The notes beneath the pieces are model-generated. The model saw nothing but the letters and a program-made list of their open reading frames with translations. It was not told the origin of the DNA and did no database searches. From Thermococcus sp. JdFR-02 (lineage in GTDB: Archaea > Methanobacteriota_B > Thermococci > Thermococcales > Thermococcaceae): DNA of 14,057 nucleotides. Below are positions 7,397 through 14,057 of this stretch, piece by piece (positions within the stretch are counted from its first letter, which is position 1; every line of letters begins with the position of its first letter). A program made the translations under genes and the position numbers. The stretch lies in assembly GCA_002009975.1 (NCBI GenBank), contig MTLP01000018.1:1-14057 (forward strand). Reading direction: 5' to 3'.

Positions 7397-8530
7397 TTAA
7401 TAAGGGTTCCAGTCTTTAACTTCCTTAAATTTTGGAAATTCGCCGTATTCGTATTTGCTAAATAATTTTCCCCACTCAGTTATCATAAACTGCTTTATTT
7501 TTCTTTTTCCGATTAAATTATACCAAATCCAATCATGATACAATTCTGATAAAAAGATAAAAAATTTAAATATGGGAGAGTAAAACAGAAGATAATGTAT
7601 CCATTTGATTTTTGCCGTATTCTTTCTTAATATCTGATCCCATTTAATTACCAGGCTTTTTTTTGTTATGAAACCAAAGTTTAGTTTTTCGAGATCTTTT
7701 TTATCAATACCAATAATTTCGATCTGGTCAATATCTCCAACTCCTAATCCTCTATCATGGGCTATTTTAATGTAATCCACTTCCATAGGATCAAATCCCA
7801 TTATCTTTGCGGCTACTGCATCTATAGCTACTTGATCTCCACCTGCTAGTATTATATTACCAATAAAAGGCTCCATAGTTCTTGGACCTGCACCGTTTCC
7901 GCAAACACAACCATCCATAACTGCAAAAATTCCTTTATGGATCTCTTTCTGAATAGCTAATAAATCAACGAGGACTTCATGTATCTTCAGGTGCGCGTGA
8001 TGCCTATATTTCGGTATTAAACCGCCAAAAGCATTTTTCATCGCTCCGGTCGTGGTCGTGTGCCCATGTGTCTTAATTGTTGGTAAATGAATTATATTGC
8101 TTCCGATTAAAATTTTTGGTATTAATATTTTTTCGAATATATCTTTCATAGCAAGCATCTCTGTTTTGGGTTCATAATTTACCCACTCCACATCTGTCAA
8201 TGGTAGGAACCTAGTTTTATATTGCTTGAGAATAGGAAGCCATTTGTTATAATAAGCACCTTTCCAGGGATGTGTTACCACAGTTTGATTTTCCACAGCC
8301 AAAACATCATTGTATCCATCTTCTTTTAGAGTTTTCAGTATACCTTCAAGCTGCCATGGCGGTGTGGAGCATGCTGGAAAAAATAAAGTCCAAGATAAAT
8401 TGAGTTTTAAAATTGTTTTCACATCTTTAGATAAAAATTTTCCATATTCTATCATACGCATCAATTTGGAGTAGTCCTCCAAGATCCTTCCAGGTGATGT
8501 TTTTAACACCGCAATTCTTGATTTTTTCAT
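7397..8530 (-). CDS. DUF362 domain-containing protein (putative metal/Fe-S enzyme), ~377 aa, no C-terminal ferredoxin domain
   Basis: Motifs LKLNLSW...ACSTPP, LPTIKTHGHTTTTGAMKNAFGGL, MDGCVCGNGAGP, DQVAIDAVAAKIMGFDP and AHDRGLG. Likely start is MKKSRI at 8530 (10 nt after the upstream stop, GGGG upstream) rather than 8584. Confidence 0.85.
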   Translation of the reverse strand: MKKSRIAVLKTSPGRILEDYSKLMRMIEYGKFLSKDVKTILKLNLSWTLFFPACSTPPWQLEGILKTLKEDGYNDVLAVENQTVVTHPWKGAYYNKWLPILKQYKTRFLPLTDVEWVNYEPKTEMLAMKDIFEKILIPKILIGSNIIHLPTIKTHGHTTTTGAMKNAFGGLIPKYRHHAHLKIHEVLVDLLAIQKEIHKGIFAVMDGCVCGNGAGPRTMEPFIGNIILAGGDQVAIDAVAAKIMGFDPMEVDYIKIAHDRGLGVGDIDQIEIIGIDKKDLEKLNFGFITKKSLVIKWDQILRKNTAKIKWIHYLLFYSPIFKFFIFLSELYHDWIWYNLIGKRKIKQFMITEWGKLFSKYEYGEFPKFKEVKDWNPY

Positions 8531-8540
8531 GTATCTGCCC

Positions 8541-10160
8541 CTATTTTTGTTTAATTTCAATGTATTTTCCCATCTGTTTAACATTTTTTGGCAATTTTGA
8601 AGAAAATATTCTTAGGCTTTCGATCAATCTATCCTCCTCCTCAGGATCAACTGCATAGAATGAAACAGTATCTCCTCCGCATACCACGTTATTTGAGATT
8701 TTCCATTCTCCAACCTTAATCCATTGGGGAGGAAGCCCACCATACGACTCAAACCAATGGTCATAAACAATTGCGATCTTTACGTCTTCGTTCTTCGCTA
8801 ACTTGTATATGTACTCAGTATTATAAGAACTCTCTCTTTTTGCTTTAGCTACTTCTAAACTACCTAAACCCTTTAAATCCAAGCATTTAATATCTGCTAT
8901 AAAGTTGATTGTACCGATATCATTTGCAGCAACAGTTTCTCCCTGATAGAATTCTTTAAGGAATAAAGCCATTTGATACTGCTGTTCATAGATATTTTTT
9001 GTAGCAAGAGGTGTAATTATTGAAGATACATATCCCCTTATTGCAAATGGTGAGATAAAGAGAAAGATAAGTAGTATCATTGCTATGTATTTCGGAATTA
9101 AATATTTGTCAAACAATAGCTTTTCTGGTAGATATTCCCGTACCTCTAGAGCGATGGTAAATATACCAAAGGCAATTAAGTAGGCTTCATATCTATAGAA
9201 CCATCCAGTCTTCGCAAATAACATATGCAAAAAGGCAGTCGTAATAAAAATAAAAAGGAGGATCGTTTGCTCTCTCCAGAGAGTATTTGACCTGATAAAT
9301 TTCAGAATAAAAAGAATTGAAGTGGTAAATATGAGAATTAAAATGTGGGATTCTGATATTCGAGTAATAAATAGATAAATAAAATTCCAAATGCCTACAG
9401 AAGAAATTACAGGTATATTATTTTTAATAAGAATTGAATTTGGGAAGAAATACCATCCATTAGAGATCGAGATTAAACCGTATATTACAATTGGGACAAG
9501 ACTTAGTGAGATCAACAGGAAGGATTCAAGCAACCGCTTCCTCATAATGAATAAGGTGCTCACAGCCATCACCAAAAACAACCCCTCATACCGAGTCATG
9601 GGTAGTAAAGGTGCTAATATTAGCAAAAATGAAAATTCTTTATTTAAATCAGAACGCTCTTTTGATAAAATTTTAGCAGAAAGATAAGCAAAGAAAATTG
9701 TGATGAGTGTGTGTAACATATGTTCCATACCGGTAAATATAATCGCAGGAAAAGGTGTGAAGAATATTATCGAGAGCAGAACAATAAAATTGTAGATGGA
9801 TGGAAATTTGTATTGTTTAAGTAAAATATAAATCAGATACGTTGTGAGTGTTGCAAATACAACATTTAATACAAGCGGAACAGCTTCGTTTACCCCAAAT
9901 AAGAAAAATATTACGAATAGCAATAATGGATAAAGTAACGATGAGGATGAGGATGAAAACTCATATTTAGTCACACCCCAAACCCCATGTTGAGCAAAAT
10001 TTTTTGCCATAGCCATGTGAATATAAGGGTCATCAAGAGCGTAGACAAGATGTCCATGAGTATAAATAAGAGAAGCATTTAGCAATACCGCTATTATTGC
10101 CAAAAGGAATCCCACTGATATAATTAGCGGCCAATGTCTTAACAATGTCACCCTTATCAT
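8541..10160 (-). CDS. Polytopic GT-C-fold glycosyltransferase, AftB (arabinofuranosyltransferase)-like, 539 aa
   Basis: Acidic DD motif after TM1 (LDDPYIHMAMAKNF...G), then SSSSLLY, GMEHML, TRYEG, FPNS and RY motifs, about 10 or more hydrophobic segments, and a C-terminal soluble domain with DIG...LDLKGLG. This layout is typical of polyprenyl-phosphosugar-dependent transferases. SD GGTGA overlaps the upstream TGA. Confidence 0.65.
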   Translation of the reverse strand: MIRVTLLRHWPLIISVGFLLAIIAVLLNASLIYTHGHLVYALDDPYIHMAMAKNFAQHGVWGVTKYEFSSSSSSLLYPLLLFVIFFLFGVNEAVPLVLNVVFATLTTYLIYILLKQYKFPSIYNFIVLLSIIFFTPFPAIIFTGMEHMLHTLITIFFAYLSAKILSKERSDLNKEFSFLLILAPLLPMTRYEGLFLVMAVSTLFIMRKRLLESFLLISLSLVPIVIYGLISISNGWYFFPNSILIKNNIPVISSVGIWNFIYLFITRISESHILILIFTTSILFILKFIRSNTLWREQTILLFIFITTAFLHMLFAKTGWFYRYEAYLIAFGIFTIALEVREYLPEKLLFDKYLIPKYIAMILLIFLFISPFAIRGYVSSIITPLATKNIYEQQYQMALFLKEFYQGETVAANDIGTINFIADIKCLDLKGLGSLEVAKAKRESSYNTEYIYKLAKNEDVKIAIVYDHWFESYGGLPPQWIKVGEWKISNNVVCGGDTVSFYAVDPEEEDRLIESLRIFSSKLPKNVKQMGKYIEIKQK

Positions 10161-10164
10161 TCCC

Positions 10165-11121
10165 TCACCCTTTTATTTTAAAACCATATTTAAAACCATA
10201 AATAGATAAAATAGACAGCGTAAAAAGTCCAATTAAAACACCAAACCAAAGGGTGCAAAATCTGATTATCAGAGTTGAAGCGATTGCAACGGTCTTGGTA
10301 ATACCACTGAAAATCAAAATTCCCACCATGCTACCTTCAGTGACGCCTAACCCTCCAGGAATCATGCTCACCGCTCCTACTATAGTGGAAAAACTGAAGG
10401 CGAAAACAGGTAAAAGTAGGGAAATCTCTAGTCCAAATCCCTCAATAACCAAAAACAAAGCTAAACATTCGAAAAACCACGATAAAACGCTTATTCCTAC
10501 TACAATAGTTAAATTCTTTATTTTGAAGAGTGTATGGGTACTTAAATACAAGTTTTGTACTGTTTCTGTAAATCTTGATATAAAGGGAAAATTAAAATTT
10601 ATTAACTTTATAAACATTTTTTCTGACTGGATTATCATAATTATTATAGAAATAACAAAAATTGTAGTTATAAGTACTTCTTTACCGTATTTGAAAACAG
10701 AATATCCAATTGAAGCCAATATTATTAATCCAATTAAATCTGTAAAACGTTCTGCAAATATAATCGGAAGTGTCTTACTCATTTCAACACCATTCAATTC
10801 TTTTAATAGATAAGATTTAAATGCCTCCCCCAACTTTACCGGAGTAACAGACATAGATAATCCACTTAAGAATATTGCCATACTATCTCTCCTGCTTATG
10901 TTGATTTTTAAGCATCTTAAATAATAATCCCACTTGAAAAATCTTAATACATAGTTCAAAAAGGTTAGTACTAGTATCAAAGGGATATATGTCCATTTAA
11001 AGCCCCTAAAAACGATAATCAGATCATTAATGTCTGCATAAATTGAAAGGGTCGTATATATCGCAACAGCACTTAGTAATGAAATTATTATTTTGTTCCT
11101 TATTTCCATCTTTCCCACCAT
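10165..11121 (-). CDS. Lysylphosphatidylglycerol-synthase TM domain (UPF0104/flippase-like) membrane protein, 318 aa
   Basis: LRFFKW, TPVKLGEAFKSYLLK, IFAERFTD, IPGGLGVTEG and LIIRFCTLWF are characteristic of this family; about 8 TM segments. Alternative start at 11109 (GGTGG upstream). Confidence 0.88.
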   Translation of the reverse strand: MVGKMEIRNKIIISLLSAVAIYTTLSIYADINDLIIVFRGFKWTYIPLILVLTFLNYVLRFFKWDYYLRCLKINISRRDSMAIFLSGLSMSVTPVKLGEAFKSYLLKELNGVEMSKTLPIIFAERFTDLIGLIILASIGYSVFKYGKEVLITTIFVISIIIMIIQSEKMFIKLINFNFPFISRFTETVQNLYLSTHTLFKIKNLTIVVGISVLSWFFECLALFLVIEGFGLEISLLLPVFAFSFSTIVGAVSMIPGGLGVTEGSMVGILIFSGITKTVAIASTLIIRFCTLWFGVLIGLFTLSILSIYGFKYGFKIKG

Positions 11122-11151
11122 TTATAATATAGCCTTTATTAAAACATTCAA

Positions 11152-11241
11152 CTACCATGTTCGTGTATATCCAAATTTTTCATTTAGCACTTTCAATATA
11201 AAAATACAGATTATCCCAAGAGTTAAAGGAAACCGCTCCAA
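11152..11241 (-). CDS. Possible 29-aa small hydrophobic peptide or gene remnant (MERFPLTLGIICIFILKVLNEKFGYTRTW)
   Basis: TTG at 11241, TAG at 11152, GGAGGT 10 nt upstream (11252-11257), same strand as both neighbours, within a 199-nt gap. Confidence 0.2.
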   Translation of the reverse strand: MERFPLTLGIICIFILKVLNEKFGYTRTW

Positions 11242-11320
11242 CTTTTTTTAAACCTCCCAGTGTTAAGGATAAAAATAGAACATTTCTACCATAGGTGGAA
11301 CAGATTTATCATCATAGTTT

Positions 11321-12217
11321 TCAAGTTTTTGTTAAACTGTACAAATCCATGCTTAAAACTCCATAATGAGCACCATAGAGTATCATAACAACTAAAACAA
11401 CCCACAAAATTATACTAATCAACATTCCTTTATCCTTAAACAGCATTTCCGGTTCTCCCCCAATGTTCTTTACATAAACCAAAAACATATATCTGAAAAG
11501 ACCGTATAATACCAAAGGAATTGTTATCATCATCCAAATATTATCTGCAAGAAAGGTGTATAAGAAATATGACATGATTAATGCAGCAGTAGTGATATTA
11601 ATCATCTGATCAAGCATTTTAGACGAATATTCTCCAAGAATTTTACGGTGATTTCTAGCTTCTTCTCCAAGTAATGTCAATTCATGCCTCCTTTTACAAA
11701 GTGCTAAAAATAAAGCCAGTAAAAAAGCACAAATTATTAGCCAAGGAGAAATAAATACATTTATAGCTAGGCATCCGGCAACTGCTCTTATGACAAAGCC
11801 AATAGAAATAACCAGCAAATCAACTATTATGATATTTTTCAGAAACATCGAATATGAGAGGATTAACAGAATATATGCTATTGAAACTGCAAAAAATAAC
11901 ATATTTATTAAATAGGCGCCCAATACCCCTACAAAAATCAATATTACCGCAAATAACAGAGCATGAGATACTTTTAACTCTCCTGAAGCAATTGGTCTGT
12001 TCCTCTTTTTGGGATGCTTCCTATCCTTTTCTATGTCTAAAATGTCATTAATAATGTACTCACTCCCGGAAAGTATGCAAAATATAATAAATGCAGAAAT
12101 TACATCAAACCATTTCTGAAAGTTTAAGAGATTTAAGGAGAATACAATACCAACAAATAAAACTAAGTTCTTATACCATTGCTGTGGTCTCATCGAAATT
12201 ATGAGTTCTTTTAGCAT
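11321..12217 (-). CDS. UbiA-family decaprenyl/polyprenyl-phosphate phosphoribosyltransferase (DPPR synthase-like), 298 aa
   Basis: RPQQWYKNLVLF, YIINDILDIEKDRKHPKKRNRPIASG, YSMFLK, KRRHEL, YGLFRY and GEPE motifs match the Rv3806c-like phosphoribosyltransferase branch of UbiA; about 9 TM segments; SD AGGAG at 12227-12231. Confidence 0.9.
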   Translation of the reverse strand: MLKELIISMRPQQWYKNLVLFVGIVFSLNLLNFQKWFDVISAFIIFCILSGSEYIINDILDIEKDRKHPKKRNRPIASGELKVSHALLFAVILIFVGVLGAYLINMLFFAVSIAYILLILSYSMFLKNIIIVDLLVISIGFVIRAVAGCLAINVFISPWLIICAFLLALFLALCKRRHELTLLGEEARNHRKILGEYSSKMLDQMINITTAALIMSYFLYTFLADNIWMMITIPLVLYGLFRYMFLVYVKNIGGEPEMLFKDKGMLISIILWVVLVVMILYGAHYGVLSMDLYSLTKT

Positions 12218-12247
12218 TTTATCTTACTCCTTTGTGAGTTATGGCAT

Positions 12248-12273
12248 TTCATATAATATTGCAGATATATGAA
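12248..12273. promoter_or_regulatory. Inverted repeat TTCATATA-N10-TATATGAA in the divergent intergenic region; possible operator or overlapping TATA elements
   Basis: Perfect 8-bp arms at 12248-12255 and 12266-12273, about 30-55 nt upstream of the phosphoribosyltransferase start. Confidence 0.35.
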
Positions 12274-12385
12274 TTTTCCTTTCAGATAATGAACAAGAGT
12301 GCGGAAAATTTTAAATTGGGTATTGTTGATTTCACTAAGTGTGATAAAACAACTTCAGCGCTTATTGATTTGGGTTAAATTGAAC

Positions 12386-13873
12386 ATGGAGGAAACATCT
12401 AAGTCAGGAAAATTTATTCTTATTTCGACTCTATCCGTTATGATACTGGCAATTATAACTAATCTAGATGTTAAGGCAGCTTACTACATACAAATGGTCC
12501 TGTATCCATATTTTGGCGGATCTAGTGGCCTAAAAATTTCGTTTTTCTTTATTTTCATTCTAATTCCTTTATTTATAAGATCCATAACCTATAAACTAAA
12601 GATAGAAATCCGAATCGGAAATCCTATAAATTTAATGTTACTATATCTCTTCCCTAACCTTGTGCTTTATGGTGTTGGATTTTTTTTGTTTAAACATGAA
12701 TTAGAATCACGTGCATTGCCGAATTCTGCAGAATTTTTAATTCCCATAAATTCATTAAGTTATAGTGCTCCAAATTCCTGGCTTCATCATCATCTATTAA
12801 AGCCAACCCTTGCCTATGCCCTTGACATGCTTTATCTCAACGGAATTTTCAATGTGGATTTTCTAGAGTGGACACACGTTATCCCCGGAGAGGTATATAA
12901 AGCTACTGCGGTATTGCTTATAATGTCCTTCTTACTGTGGGTTATTCTTGGTTATATGACACTCAGCGAATATGGCATTACCCATTACTTTGTCCTCTCT
13001 GTGCCCGCTTTTGGGATATTTGTAACATCTATTGATGGAGGAATTTTCACATCCTTTTCATATGCCAGTTTGGGAGCCTACTTATCATTCTTGGTGTACC
13101 TAATATCAAAAAAAGAAAATATAAAAAATTGGCTTTCGATACCGCTAATTTACTTATTTTCAACACTTCCTTTTCTTTTAGTTATTTACACAATTGTCCT
13201 ACTTAAAATTCCAGCATATGATAATAGTAACAATCCACAGGCACTGCTATTATTTCCAACGATTCTGTCTATCTTTCTGCTTTTTAAATCATTCCAGACA
13301 GCAAATAAAAAATTACGCATAAGAATCGCCGCATGCTTAATTGTTCTGTTAGTTACTGCATCTTCCTTAGGTTTTTTAATTATGTATAAAGGATTTAGAA
13401 ATTATGGCATAGTATCGAGTAGAGTCTGGAATGCTACCATATATTCTCCTGCTCTTGAAACTTCAACCCAAGAAGAAATTGAGAATATATTTTCATCTGA
13501 GGGGATTAAAATCAAGATAATTTTTAAAGAAGGCCCTTTCATATTTGGTACTTTCTCTTCAAATAAACCATTTAAATTTGGGGAAATAATTAATTTGGAA
13601 TTCGTGAAAGCAGCTAGAAATTCCAATGGAGGGATTTATGGCGTTTCCCCAGGTAGAATTGGAGATAATAAAACAGTGGTGATTTTTTTAAATAGGAAGG
13701 TTACCCCTCAAGAGATAAATAAACTCTCCAATCATCCTTGCGTAAAAGACTTTAAAATCCTAGAAAATGGTGTTAGTATTGAGGTGCTTATGAGACATGA
13801 TCTGGCTGTCGAAAGTGTTGGGATGATATTTAAGGATCCGCATCTTTTAGGTGCAGTAGTAAATTATTATTAA
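12386..13873 (+). CDS. Hypothetical polytopic membrane protein (~9-10 TM) with a C-terminal soluble domain, ~495 aa
   Basis: Long ORF with alternating hydrophobic segments, polar loop motifs WLHHHLLKP and SIDGGIFT, and a hydrophilic C-terminal ~160 aa. ATG at 12386 (MEETSK) is preferred over GTG at 12299. Confidence 0.8.
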   Translation: MEETSKSGKFILISTLSVMILAIITNLDVKAAYYIQMVLYPYFGGSSGLKISFFFIFILIPLFIRSITYKLKIEIRIGNPINLMLLYLFPNLVLYGVGFFLFKHELESRALPNSAEFLIPINSLSYSAPNSWLHHHLLKPTLAYALDMLYLNGIFNVDFLEWTHVIPGEVYKATAVLLIMSFLLWVILGYMTLSEYGITHYFVLSVPAFGIFVTSIDGGIFTSFSYASLGAYLSFLVYLISKKENIKNWLSIPLIYLFSTLPFLLVIYTIVLLKIPAYDNSNNPQALLLFPTILSIFLLFKSFQTANKKLRIRIAACLIVLLVTASSLGFLIMYKGFRNYGIVSSRVWNATIYSPALETSTQEEIENIFSSEGIKIKIIFKEGPFIFGTFSSNKPFKFGEIINLEFVKAARNSNGGIYGVSPGRIGDNKTVVIFLNRKVTPQEINKLSNHPCVKDFKILENGVSIEVLMRHDLAVESVGMIFKDPHLLGAVVNYY

Positions 13874-14057
13874 TCATTACAATATGGTATAGTATACAAA
13901 ACTCTGGGCTTCGCCCTCTCTTTGGTATATATGTCGAAAACATTTCCTTGAGCATCAATAGCAATGAATCTCGCTATTGTCAGGTTGACTTCACCGAGAA
14001 TAAAGTGGTGGGTGCTTTTTGACTTTGCTGTCCACCAATTGGAACCAAAGCCATATA
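13870..14057 (-). CDS. 3' end of an unknown gene entering from the right edge (...YGFGSNWWTAKSKSTHHFILGEVNLTIARFIAIDAQGNVFDIYTKERAKPRVLYTIPYCND*)
   Basis: 61 open codons on the minus strand from the edge to TAA at 13872-13870; the stop interlocks (TTAA) with the stop of the convergent gene. Confidence 0.55.
   Translation of the reverse strand, partial: YGFGSNWWTAKSKSTHHFILGEVNLTIARFIAIDAQGNVFDIYTKERAKPRVLYTIPYCND

Noticed and set aside
6842-8584. ORF-track starts at 6842, 7101 and 8584
   Set aside because: Downstream ATGs (6866, 7134, 8530) have SD-like motifs, give sensible N-termini and avoid overlap with a terminator or neighbouring gene.
9940-9957. (GATGAG)n short repeat encoding a poly-Ser run in the GT-C gene
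   Set aside because: Under three units, frame-preserving, and within a loop motif; no evidence for phase variation.
7657-13114. T8/A8 homopolymers inside island genes (7657-7664, 12680-12687, 13107-13114)
   Set aside because: Expected at about 30% GC, and all reading frames are intact.
9193-13626. Overlapping ORFs 9193-9390, 9391-9687, 10253-10813, 11854-12051 and 13402-13626
   Set aside because: Nested in or antisense to longer membrane-protein genes; typical shadows of hydrophobic codon usage.
1-14057. CRISPR array, tRNA/rRNA, IS element or integrase
   Set aside because: No regularly spaced repeats, cloverleaf or rRNA-like tracts, terminal inverted repeats or recombinase motifs seen; intergenic spaces are all 200 nt or less.

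Overview
Archaeal genomic window (GGTGA/GGAGG ribosome-binding sites, TATA/BRE promoters, oligo-T terminator, archaeal-type PGK, QxxxE class III prepilins) in two compositional halves. The left ~7.08 kb is roughly 50% GC by eye. It holds pgk (minus strand) and a divergent type IV pilus (Tad-like) cluster: an unusual 1084-aa motor ATPase made of two complete, collinear VirB11/CpaF units in tandem, two T2SS-F/TadB-TadC platform proteins and a very short pilin with its own promoter. From ~7.09 kb the DNA drops to roughly 30% GC. This half carries a second paralogous pilin, then a convergent four-gene cluster: UbiA-family polyprenyl-phosphate phosphoribosyltransferase, LPG-synthase-TM/flippase-like protein, AftB-like GT-C glycosyltransferase and DUF362 protein. 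An unknown polytopic membrane protein and a truncated gene follow. The two best candidates for novelty are the fused two-motor pilus ATPase, whose first unit has a His-box H-to-Q change, and a putative archaeal lipid-linked pentofuranose (ribose/arabinose) glycosylation module attached to a pilin locus, in which DUF362 may stand in for the DprE1/DprE2 epimerase. Family assignments come from motif recognition only; no database search was run.
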